From Kiritimatiellia bacterium (lineage in GTDB: Bacteria; Verrucomicrobiota; Kiritimatiellia; RFP12; UBA1067): a stretch of 44,113 bases of DNA. Of this stretch, positions 25,565 to 34,364 are shown one piece after another. Location of the stretch: the NCBI GenBank assembly GCA_017646325.1, contig JAGCMU010000061.1, positions 1-44,113 on the forward strand, in the 5' to 3' direction. Numbering within the stretch: position 1 is the stretch's first letter; each line of letters begins with the position of its first letter. The position numbers and the translations under genes were made by a program. Under the pieces are notes generated by a model, which was given only the letters and a program-made list of their open reading frames with translations, was not told where the DNA came from and did no database searches.

Positions 25565-26919
25565 CCTAATAATTCCTCCATTTTTTTGTTGAAATCGTTG
25601 CGACGATCTGTCACAGACTTTGAAATATCCGAAATCCTGTTTTCATAGAAATTCCAATTGAGCCCGGCCGTTGCGCCTTCATGCGTTTTTGCTTGTACGG
25701 CGGCATCGGGATCTTCTGAAGAAAGGGCCTCAAGGTTGTCGCGCACGGCATGGTACGCTTCACGCCAAGGAGTTCCTTCTGCAACTTTGCGCAGAGCGAC
25801 GTCCGTAGCAAACACGCCAGGGATAAATCCTGCGCGGAGTTTTTCTTCGTCGATTCCCATTCCGTCAATAAATTTCGCCATGATACGCAGCGTCGTGCGG
25901 GTGATGGAAAGGCCCTTCATATACAAACCTTTGCAATCCTGAAGGTCGCGGTTGTATCCGCCTGGCATTGCGTGGAGCATTGAAAGGGAACTTGTCGCAA
26001 GGCCTAACACCGTTGCCGTTTTTGAGCGAACGAGTTCCATTACATCAGGGTTGTATTTTTGTGGCATAATCGAGCTTCCCGTACAATATGCACGGGGAAG
26101 GGTGAAGTAGCCAAATTCAGGCATTGAGAAAATTATGACGTCTTGAGCGAGACGCGAAAGAACGGCCATCAATTGGGCAAGAGCACAAAGGAGGGCTGAT
26201 TCATCCTCGCCGCGCGCCATGGATGCTCCAAACACATTGTGCAATGGGCGGGCGAATCCAAGAAGCGAAGATGTCCGTTCGCGGTTAAGCGGCAATGGTA
26301 CGCCATAGCCGGCGGCGCTGCCTAACGGGCACGCGTCGTTTATTTTGTATGCCGCTTCAATGTTCGAAATCTGATCGAGAATCATTTCCGCATGTCCCGA
26401 CGCCCAAACTCCAATGCTGCTTGGCATTGCAGGCTGAAGGTGTGTACGCCCGACCATAGGAACGAGATTGTACTTCTTTCCGAATTCGACGAGAGAATTT
26501 GAAAGGGCGGCAACTTCTTCTTCAAGAGCAAGAATTTGATCTTTTATGTGAAGGCGCACGTCAACTGCCACTTGGTCGTTGCGACTGCGGCCGGTGTGGA
26601 TTTTTTTGCCCAAATCTCCAAGCGTTTCCGTAAGGCGGCGTTCGACTGCCATGTGAACGTCTTGATCTGATTCTTCGATTGTAAAATCGCCAGCCTTTGC
26701 GGATTCAATGATTTTAGCGAGTTCTTTTTTGACTTTAGATGCCTCGTCGGCCGTCACAACACTCGGGGTGACGGACATTTCGGAAAGCATAGTTACGTGT
26801 GCTGCCGTTCCGATGCAGTCCCAAACTGCAAGTTCAAGATCCAGAATGGGGTCGTCCCCAACTGTATAGGAAAGAACGTCTGGGTCGACATTCCCTGTTA
26901 TGGTTTTTTCAGTTTTCAT
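25561..26919 (-). CDS. argH: Argininosuccinate lyase
   Basis: HTGRSRNDQV, GRTHLQPAMP, TGSSIMPQKYNPD and GYNRDLQ motifs. Confidence 0.96.
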   Translation of the reverse strand: MKTEKTITGNVDPDVLSYTVGDDPILDLELAVWDCIGTAAHVTMLSEMSVTPSVVTADEASKVKKELAKIIESAKAGDFTIEESDQDVHMAVERRLTETLGDLGKKIHTGRSRNDQVAVDVRLHIKDQILALEEEVAALSNSLVEFGKKYNLVPMVGRTHLQPAMPSSIGVWASGHAEMILDQISNIEAAYKINDACPLGSAAGYGVPLPLNRERTSSLLGFARPLHNVFGASMARGEDESALLCALAQLMAVLSRLAQDVIIFSMPEFGYFTLPRAYCTGSSIMPQKYNPDVMELVRSKTATVLGLATSSLSMLHAMPGGYNRDLQDCKGLYMKGLSITRTTLRIMAKFIDGMGIDEEKLRAGFIPGVFATDVALRKVAEGTPWREAYHAVRDNLEALSSEDPDAAVQAKTHEGATAGLNWNFYENRISDISKSVTDRRNDFNKKMEELLG

Positions 26920-28130
26920 CGTTTTGAAGCTTCCGCTCCCGTTGTTGTTTCTGCTGTTACTTTGAGCAGCTTTTTGTCTGCAATGTCCAACAAGCTGTTG
27001 AGAGTTGCGGGAGACGTTTCTCCTTTCCCAAGAGCTTGCAAAAATACCGCATACGCACGAGACGCCTCGACTAACGCTTCGCCACGCCCCATCGCATAAA
27101 AGGGAAGGGTCTTTGCCTTTGAGATGGCGGCTTCTTTAATCCAATCCTCTTTTTGCGAACGAGAAATGGCGTCACGAAAAGAACATGGCGCCTCATTGAC
27201 ACAGTTATTTTTACCAAAAATGGGCGAAAAAAGCAAGAGACGCGAAGAGAAAACCTTAGTGTCCCACTCGTTGATTTCTCCTGGAGAAAGAACGGATCTC
27301 GATAATTTTATCAATATTTCATCGTGAATGCGATCCTGCTCGGCATGACCGTCTACACCTGTAAGGAGTTTTGCGATTTCTTTCCCGTCATATCCCTTGC
27401 CTGAAATTATTTTTTCAAGAAGAGGCTTTATCAATCCTTTTTTCTTCAGTTCAAATGCTATGTATCCCGCCACTTGCGGAGAGATAGTATGAGAAGAATA
27501 GACGTCTTCGCAAATTTCATGCAATGGCGGCAAGGCTGCTTTGGACCACAAATCAAGGACGAAACGGATGTCTTTTACAACTAAATCCCTATTGGTGGCA
27601 CGCATGAGGCCAACTATCAAAAGCTTTGGCAGGGCGTTAGGTGGAATGTTTTCGTTTGATTTTGAATCAAGCCACGAATGTAAAAAGGCGGAGCCGATTT
27701 CGTATTTCAATGTTTCTATGTCGGAATAGCCTGGCGAAGGGAGCGTTATTTTCGTTACTAATCTGCGGCGTGACGATCTAAAAGTGTTGACTACGACCCG
27801 CGTGTCGTTTGAAGTGCCGGAAAGGGCATTTATGATTAAGCCCGCTTCCCCGCGAGGAATGTCAAGGTCGTACGTTTTTGCAAGTTCTCGAATGTTGCGT
27901 GTTGCGAAGTTGAGAAGGGGAAGACGAAAGCCGACGGTGTCGTCCGCTTTGTCGGCAGCCATTACGGAAATGAACCCCTCGGATGAAGTTGCTATTTTCG
28001 GTACGTTGATACGGCGCGAATTTACGGCATTGGCGGAAAGTTTATATGGTTCGTTCGCTCCAACGAAAGATGGAGCGAATAAACATATAGATGAATATGC
28101 GATAAAAAGAGTATTTTTCAATAATTTCAT
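26916..28130 (-). CDS. Hypothetical secreted protein
   Basis: Likely start MKLLKN at 28130 just after the mraY stop; signal peptide-like; coupled to argH by an ATGA overlap. Confidence 0.7.
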   Translation of the reverse strand: MKLLKNTLFIAYSSICLFAPSFVGANEPYKLSANAVNSRRINVPKIATSSEGFISVMAADKADDTVGFRLPLLNFATRNIRELAKTYDLDIPRGEAGLIINALSGTSNDTRVVVNTFRSSRRRLVTKITLPSPGYSDIETLKYEIGSAFLHSWLDSKSNENIPPNALPKLLIVGLMRATNRDLVVKDIRFVLDLWSKAALPPLHEICEDVYSSHTISPQVAGYIAFELKKKGLIKPLLEKIISGKGYDGKEIAKLLTGVDGHAEQDRIHDEILIKLSRSVLSPGEINEWDTKVFSSRLLLFSPIFGKNNCVNEAPCSFRDAISRSQKEDWIKEAAISKAKTLPFYAMGRGEALVEASRAYAVFLQALGKGETSPATLNSLLDIADKKLLKVTAETTTGAEASKR

Positions 28131-28132
28131 TC

Positions 28133-29290
28133 TTAGCGGATTTTTATCAATATGAAGAAAATCAACGGTACGAGGAAAATTTGTAAAAGCATAAAACGCA
28201 TTAACACCTGTGCATTCGACCATTTTAAGTTTCTTTTGCAATGGTCGTGAAGAGGGAAGCGGATTTTAAAGAGGGCTTTTACGAGCGGGCTTTGTTTCTT
28301 CGCGTCTTCCTCTGGTAGGTCGTTTGTAGGACGTGTATCGAAGCCCATTTTTTTGAGTACTCTCAACAGGATAAGTTTTACTAGGCCCATTCCGCCGTTT
28401 ATAAGGACGACTGGCGCAAAGGCGAGAATGAGAACGGGATTACCGGTAGCCAAAACGCCAGCACCTACGAGCAGGCCTAAGAAACGCGAGCCTGCATCTC
28501 CCATCAATACCTTCGAAGGTTCTGCATTCCACCACAAATATCCTGCTACGCCGCCTGCTACAATGGTGAGGAATATTGCCCAGCGGGCGGCAAGGCGGGC
28601 GGCCGTTCCGCCAATTGGAATCAAGAGGTATTTTGCCGCCGGCATATTACCGATGACGAGGTAAAGGAAGATTGCAAGACTTGCCAAGGATACGGCCGAA
28701 AGAGAACCTGCAAGCCCATCGACTCCGTCAGAACAATTTGTGGAGTTGAGGGAAACCCAAAGGATGAAAGTCGCTATCGGGATGTAATAATACCAGGGAA
28801 CGAGCCAAGCCTCTTTTGAAAGCGGGAACCAAAGTGTGATTGTTTCGTAAACACCAGTTCCTTGGGCGATACTTAAGTAGATGCACGATGCAACACCGGC
28901 AGAAACGATCGTATCGAGAAGCCCTTTCTTTAATTGCCCCCATGCAATTTTTGCGCGGTCATCAAGATAACCAAAAAGCATAGAGATGTATAGGAAAAAG
29001 ATGACGCCTAAAAAGGGGATGGAAAGAGGTACGAACAAGAGAATGACGGGAAGAATCAAGAGCGTGATAAAAAAGCCTGCTCCCGTGGGTTTGCCTTTTG
29101 AAACCATACCGTCTTTACCTAAAATTGCCTTGCCCTGATCGCTTGGAAGCTTGTGCCAAAGTTTTGGCAAAAGAACAAGAACTGTTATTGCCGCCAAAAA
29201 AGTTCCTATAGCGAGCAATGTCGCATGGGACCGTAAAAGGCGAAACGGCCCCCATATCATTTCAAGGTACGAAGATATGTGGTAAAGCAT
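28133..29290 (-). CDS. mraY: Phospho-N-acetylmuramoyl-pentapeptide transferase
   Basis: GYLDD, NSTNCSDGVDGL, MGDAGS and PLHDH motifs; multi-TM. Confidence 0.9.
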   Translation of the reverse strand: MLYHISSYLEMIWGPFRLLRSHATLLAIGTFLAAITVLVLLPKLWHKLPSDQGKAILGKDGMVSKGKPTGAGFFITLLILPVILLFVPLSIPFLGVIFFLYISMLFGYLDDRAKIAWGQLKKGLLDTIVSAGVASCIYLSIAQGTGVYETITLWFPLSKEAWLVPWYYYIPIATFILWVSLNSTNCSDGVDGLAGSLSAVSLASLAIFLYLVIGNMPAAKYLLIPIGGTAARLAARWAIFLTIVAGGVAGYLWWNAEPSKVLMGDAGSRFLGLLVGAGVLATGNPVLILAFAPVVLINGGMGLVKLILLRVLKKMGFDTRPTNDLPEEDAKKQSPLVKALFKIRFPLHDHCKRNLKWSNAQVLMRFMLLQIFLVPLIFFILIKIR

Positions 29291-29319
29291 TTAAAAACTC
29301 CTTAAATTTATTAGGAGAT

Positions 29320-29348
29320 ATTGTACCAAAAAAAGAGGGAAAACTCAA
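29320..29348 (-). promoter_or_regulatory. Sigma70-type promoter of the mraY operon
   Basis: Minus-strand TTGAGT-17bp-TACAAT with TG extension. Confidence 0.6.
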
Positions 29349-29407
29349 TAAAATTGCGTGGTAAGACGGTAATTGAAGAAGGAAAGATTTTTTTATAAAA
29401 GATAAGA

Positions 29408-29465
29408 TTGACACGGGAAGTTAGTTTTAGTAAACTTATACTCGTCTAACTTATATTAGACTAAC
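29408..29465 (+). promoter_or_regulatory. feo promoter overlapped by tandem operator-like repeats
   Basis: TTGACA-17bp-TAAACT; three 15-bp units AAGTTAGTTTTAGTA / AACTTATACTCGTCT / AACTTATATTAGACT; palindrome GTCTAA-N6-TTAGAC at 29444-29461. Confidence 0.65.
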
Positions 29466-29485
29466 AAAAGAAGGATCAAATAGAA

Positions 29486-29731
29486 ATGACAATGGCAGAA
29501 TTAAAAGCTGGCGAAATTGCCGAAATTACGGGATATACGCTAGGAAATGCAGCATATAGAGCAAAGTTGTTGGCTCTTGGTCTTACTCGTGGCGTACAGA
29601 TTCAGATTATCAATGTCGCTCCTTTGGGAAATCCATTTGAAATAGCTGTTCGCGGATATCATCTTAGCCTGCGTAAGGATGAGGTTGGTGTAATCAAGGT
29701 GAAGAAACTTACGGTAAACGATGTTCGTTAA
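29486..29731 (+). CDS. feoA: Ferrous iron transport protein A
   Basis: LLALGLTRG, APLGNP and LSLRKDE motifs. Confidence 0.95.
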   Translation: MTMAELKAGEIAEITGYTLGNAAYRAKLLALGLTRGVQIQIINVAPLGNPFEIAVRGYHLSLRKDEVGVIKVKKLTVNDVR

Positions 29732-29744
29732 TTTGGAGAAAAAT

Positions 29745-32030
29745 ATGAAAACGATAGGATTAATTGGAAACCCCAATAGTGGTAAAACTACACTTTTTAA
29801 TGCAATTACCGGTGCAAATCAACATATTGGCAATTGGCCAGGAGTGACGGTAGAGAAAAAGGAAGGTACGTTTACATTAGGTGGCGAGAAGGCGACTTTA
29901 GTTGATATTCCTGGCATTTATTCTTTGACTGCAGCGAGCGAGGACGAGAAGGTTTCTCTCGAATATGTGTTGAGTAGAGAGGCGAGCGTATTTATCAATG
30001 TAATTGACGCAACAAACCTCGAGCGCAATCTTTATTTGACTCTTTTGTTGTGCGAATTGAAAGTTCCAATCATTGTCGTGGTGACGATGATGGATTTGGC
30101 AAAAATCCGCGGTATTGAAATAGATCTTGACCACCTTTCAAAGCATTTATGCGTACCTGTCATAGGGATAAATGCAAATGATTCCCGTGACGTAAAGCGG
30201 TTATGCGGAGTTTTGGAAGAGGCGTCAAAAAATCCACGCGTGCCAAAGGTTTCATTGGAGTATCCAAATGAGCTTGAACAGGAAATTGACATCCTCTCAT
30301 CTGCATCGATAAAAACAGCCGAGCATTTTAAAGTCGATCCGCGCTGGGTAGCGTTAAAGATGATAGAAGGCGATCCGATGATTCGCAAGGCGTTGATTGA
30401 TTTTCATGATATGGCGCCAGAGGTTATTGACGGCGCGATTGACAGGTGTTCAAGTATTTTGGGCGATTCTCCTGATGTCGTGCTTGCCGATACGCGTTAT
30501 GGCGTTATCGCAGGTTTGACACGAGACGTTTTGAAAATAACGAAATGCAAGCGTCAATGGACGGAGAAAATCGACAAGTTCGTCCTTAATCGTTTCCTTG
30601 GCATTCCCGTCTTTTTAGGCCTCATGTATATCGTCTTTTGGATTACACAAGTTGTTGGAGGCGCGTTTATCGACTTTTTCGATATTGCTGGCGATACGAT
30701 TTTTATTTCGGGCTGCGAACATCTGCTCGGGAAAATGAATGCTCCTCAATGGCTTATAGCACTTCTTGCAAATGGGGTAGGGGGAGCGATAACGACAGTC
30801 GGAACCTTCTTGCCTCCTGTAGGGTGTATGTTCCTGTGTCTTGCAATTCTTGAGGATTCAGGCTATATGTCGCGAGCGGCGTTTGTCATGGATAGGTTTA
30901 TGCGCTGGATTGGTCTTCCAGGGAAGAGTTTTGTTCCGATGCTTGTAGGCTTTGGATGTTCTGTCCCTGCGATTATGGCAACGCGTACGTTAGAGTCTAA
31001 GCGCGACCGCTTCGTTACAATATTTATGATTCCGTTTATGAGCTGCAGCGCGAAATTGCCGGTGTGGGTGATTTTCTCGTTGGCGTTTTTCCCGGAAAAT
31101 CCAGGCAAAATGATTTTCCTCCTTTATCTCGCAGGTATTATAATCGGCATCGTTACGGGGCTTTTAATGAAGTCGACTCTCTTTCAAGGTGAACCGACGC
31201 ACTTTATTATGGAGTTGCCTCCATACCATTTGCCACGTCCAAAACACATCTTTTTACATACGTGGGAACGCCTTAAAATCTTTATGCTTCGTGCGGGCAA
31301 GTTTATTATTCCAATGGTGCTAGTGCTCGGCGTTCTCAATACAATCGGCACGGACGGCTCAATTGGAAATGAAGACTCTAAAAATTCCGTGCTTTCGGCG
31401 GCGGGTAAGGCTATTACGCCGATTTTTGAGCCGATTGGAGTTGAAAAAGAAAACTGGCAGGCAAGTGTTGCCATTTTCACAGGACTCTTTGCTAAAGAGT
31501 CTGTAATTGGAACATTGAACGGTCTTTATGGTCAAGTTGACGCGAAAGATGTTGCCGAGGAAGAAAAAGAGTATTCGCTCATCGGCGGAATAAAAGAAGC
31601 GTTTTGTTCGATTGGAGAGAATTTGGGCGGAATTGTGAGCGGGATTGGAGATCCGTTAGGCTTTTCAACCTTCAAGGAGGACGCTGTCGGCGACGAAGCC
31701 GAGGAAAAGGAATCGAACGAGGCGACGATCAAGAGCCTTCGCAAGCACTTTTCAAAAGGCTATCATCAAGCCTTCGCCTATCTTTTGTTTGTGCTCTTGT
31801 ACGTTCCGTGCTTAGCTGCAACGGGGGTAGTGTTCCGTGAAATAGGCAAGTTGTACGGAGCAATTTTCGTCGGGTATCTTACAGTATTAGGTTGGAGCGT
31901 ATCAACTATTTATCATGCTGTGATGGTTACCCAAAGCTTGGGCTATTTGTCAGTCGGTATTGGATTAATTGCCGCTATGTTTGGCGGATTTTATCTCTAC
32001 GGTCGCAAGAACCGTATCGATATGGTGTAA
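29745..32030 (+). CDS. feoB: Ferrous iron transport protein B
   Basis: GNPNSGKT, NWPGVTVEKK, EDSGYMSRAAF and PFMSCSAKLP motifs; ATG at 29745 after GGAG. Confidence 0.97.
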   Translation: MKTIGLIGNPNSGKTTLFNAITGANQHIGNWPGVTVEKKEGTFTLGGEKATLVDIPGIYSLTAASEDEKVSLEYVLSREASVFINVIDATNLERNLYLTLLLCELKVPIIVVVTMMDLAKIRGIEIDLDHLSKHLCVPVIGINANDSRDVKRLCGVLEEASKNPRVPKVSLEYPNELEQEIDILSSASIKTAEHFKVDPRWVALKMIEGDPMIRKALIDFHDMAPEVIDGAIDRCSSILGDSPDVVLADTRYGVIAGLTRDVLKITKCKRQWTEKIDKFVLNRFLGIPVFLGLMYIVFWITQVVGGAFIDFFDIAGDTIFISGCEHLLGKMNAPQWLIALLANGVGGAITTVGTFLPPVGCMFLCLAILEDSGYMSRAAFVMDRFMRWIGLPGKSFVPMLVGFGCSVPAIMATRTLESKRDRFVTIFMIPFMSCSAKLPVWVIFSLAFFPENPGKMIFLLYLAGIIIGIVTGLLMKSTLFQGEPTHFIMELPPYHLPRPKHIFLHTWERLKIFMLRAGKFIIPMVLVLGVLNTIGTDGSIGNEDSKNSVLSAAGKAITPIFEPIGVEKENWQASVAIFTGLFAKESVIGTLNGLYGQVDAKDVAEEEKEYSLIGGIKEAFCSIGENLGGIVSGIGDPLGFSTFKEDAVGDEAEEKESNEATIKSLRKHFSKGYHQAFAYLLFVLLYVPCLAATGVVFREIGKLYGAIFVGYLTVLGWSVSTIYHAVMVTQSLGYLSVGIGLIAAMFGGFYLYGRKNRIDMV

Positions 32031-32076
32031 AAAACCAAAACAAAAATAAAAACAAAACAAAATAAGGAACAAAGAA

Positions 32077-32970
32077 ATGAACTCAAAGTACATCCCGATG
32101 GTATGTGCAGCTGTATTGTGCAGCAGTGTTTATGCCCAAGAAGAAAAAATAGAAGAAAAAAGCCTTGAATCAAAAATCAAGGAGTATGTTTCGTTTGAAG
32201 CGTCTCTTATGTTTGATTCAAAATTTATGAGCTATGGCTTAGTGGATAATAAGGATTCGATTATCACTCCTTCTGCGACGGCTACTTTTTTTGATATTTT
32301 CTCTCTTGGAGTTTCTGCGATTTTTGATACGACTAAATACGGGAAAAAGGCAGGGTACAGCAATCGCGGCGGACGTTATACGGAACTTGATCCGGCGGCC
32401 AATATCTGTTACGACTTCTCGCCCGAGGATTTTTCCTGGCTCCCGACGACATTTTCATTTTGCCTCGGCTATATGTATGAATACCATCCGCGTTCAATGG
32501 GGGAGGCTGGCGAGGATACGCAATTTGTAACGTTGGAAATGAGCCTTCCCGACGTGTTTCTCGAGCCGTGCTTTTTATATGAACGCGATATCGATCGTGA
32601 CGACGGTACGTATTTAAATCTTGAGCTCGGCCATACGTTCGCAATCATCGACGCGAAGGAAGAAGGAACAGACCCGATACTTGATTTCCGTCTTTCCGTG
32701 GCGCAGGGCTTCGGTAATGCGCAGCGAGTAAAAGGGTATCTTACGAAGTTGGACGGAGAGGCGCTTGATCACGCCGGCCTCATGGATACGTGTTTTAAAG
32801 GCGAGATAACTTACCGTATGTGCGAGATGTTTTCTGTTTCTGGATATGTCGCCTATTACGATTATCTTTTAGATCAAGAAACGCGTTCCGCCTCAAATGT
32901 TTACGAAGCAACAGGCAAGGATGATCACAATAATTTCGTTTGTGGAGTAGCATTAACCGCTTCGTTTTAA
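32077..32970 (+). CDS. Putative outer-membrane beta-barrel (TorF-like porin)
   Basis: Sec signal (VYA-Q); alternating beta-strand pattern; SKFMSYG; C-terminal ALTASF with terminal Phe. Confidence 0.7.
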   Translation: MNSKYIPMVCAAVLCSSVYAQEEKIEEKSLESKIKEYVSFEASLMFDSKFMSYGLVDNKDSIITPSATATFFDIFSLGVSAIFDTTKYGKKAGYSNRGGRYTELDPAANICYDFSPEDFSWLPTTFSFCLGYMYEYHPRSMGEAGEDTQFVTLEMSLPDVFLEPCFLYERDIDRDDGTYLNLELGHTFAIIDAKEEGTDPILDFRLSVAQGFGNAQRVKGYLTKLDGEALDHAGLMDTCFKGEITYRMCEMFSVSGYVAYYDYLLDQETRSASNVYEATGKDDHNNFVCGVALTASF

Positions 32971-32981
32971 AATTTTTCTTG

Positions 32982-33010
32982 TTGCGGGAAAACCCGTTAA
33001 GGGGTATAAT
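32982..33010 (+). promoter_or_regulatory. Sigma70-type promoter of argG
   Basis: TTGCGG-17bp-TATAAT. Confidence 0.6.
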
Positions 33011-33067
33011 TTTAAGACTTAAACGGCGAAAGTGTCGCCATTTCGTAGAAATTAAGGAAGATGAGAT

Positions 33068-34303
33068 ATGAAATTAGCAGATCTTAAAGGGAAAACCGCT
33101 GGCGTTTGTGTTTCTGGCGGGCTTGATTCAAAGACAATTTGCTGTGTCTTGAAAGATGCAGGCGTGAAGGTTGTTGCGTTTTCTGCAAACGTAGGCCAGC
33201 CTGATGAAAAAGACATCAATGATATCAAGACTCGCATGGCTCCTACCGGCGTTGATACACACATCGTAGACGTTACAAAGCCAATGGCCGAAATCTGTTT
33301 TGAAACGGTGAAATGCCAGGCAATGTACGACGGCGGATATTGGAACTCTACAGGTATTGCTCGTGCAGTTACTGTGCAGGCTCTTCTTCCTGCTATGAAA
33401 AAGGCAGGCTGCTCCGTTCTCGTTCATGGCGCAACGGGCCGCGGAAACGACCAAATGCGTTTTGAACGTTATACGAACGTTCTCGATCCGAAGTTTGGAG
33501 TTTATGCTCCGTGGCGTGATTCCGATTTGTTGAAACTTTTCCCGGGACGTACCCAAATGGTTGAATTCCTCGCTAAGCGCGGAATCAAGGCGTTCGTCGG
33601 CACGAAGAAAAAATATTCAACGGATGCAAACCTTGCAGGTCTTTCCCACGAGGCTGAAGATCTTGAATCCATGGAAACTTCAATGCGCATCGTAAAGCCT
33701 ACGATGGGCGTGTGGCCGGAAAAGGCTCCAAATAAAGTCGAAAAGGTGACGCTTAAGTTTGAAAAGGGACGTTGTGTTGCAATCAACGGCAAGAAGCTCA
33801 CTCCATACGAAGTGATGATTACCGCAAATGAAATCGGCGGCCGTAACGGTATCGGAATGAAGCACGCTCTTGAAAACCGCATCATCGGAACGAAGAGCCG
33901 TGGCGTTTATGAAGCACCAGGTATGGAAGTCCTTTCATGGGGTCTTAAGTACATTTATGAAGCTGTGATGGATCGTCGTTCAATGCTTCTTTTCCAAGGC
34001 CTTTCAAAGTTTATCGCCGATCAGATTTACGATGGTCGCTGGTTCGATCCTGCTACTCGTGCTGCCCGTGCCGCCGTTCAGGTTTGGGCTGATAAGGCAA
34101 CTGCAGAAGTCACGCTCGGCCTTTACAAGGGCAACATCTTCTTTGAATCGCTTACAGGCTGCAAGGCTACGATTTACAATGAAGCAGACTCTTCTATGGA
34201 AGAATCAAACGGTTTGAATCCTCATAGCTCGCAGGGCTTTGCGGAAATCCAATCTGTTGAAGCTCTCATGCTTGCAAAGTCTGGTCAGATCGTGGCAAAG
34301 TAA
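33068..34303 (+). CDS. argG: Argininosuccinate synthase
   Basis: SGGLDS, HGATGRGNDQMRFE, YSTDANL and KSRGVYEAPG motifs. Confidence 0.96.
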   Translation: MKLADLKGKTAGVCVSGGLDSKTICCVLKDAGVKVVAFSANVGQPDEKDINDIKTRMAPTGVDTHIVDVTKPMAEICFETVKCQAMYDGGYWNSTGIARAVTVQALLPAMKKAGCSVLVHGATGRGNDQMRFERYTNVLDPKFGVYAPWRDSDLLKLFPGRTQMVEFLAKRGIKAFVGTKKKYSTDANLAGLSHEAEDLESMETSMRIVKPTMGVWPEKAPNKVEKVTLKFEKGRCVAINGKKLTPYEVMITANEIGGRNGIGMKHALENRIIGTKSRGVYEAPGMEVLSWGLKYIYEAVMDRRSMLLFQGLSKFIADQIYDGRWFDPATRAARAAVQVWADKATAEVTLGLYKGNIFFESLTGCKATIYNEADSSMEESNGLNPHSSQGFAEIQSVEALMLAKSGQIVAK

Positions 34304-34322
34304 AACGATAAAGCCAAAATAC

Positions 34323-34364
34323 AAAAACGCGATTGCTCTTAAAAAAACGGGCAGTCGCGTTTTT
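34323..34364. terminator. Bidirectional intrinsic terminator
   Basis: AAAAACGCGATTGCTC...GGGCAGTCGCGTTTTT between convergent genes. Confidence 0.8.
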
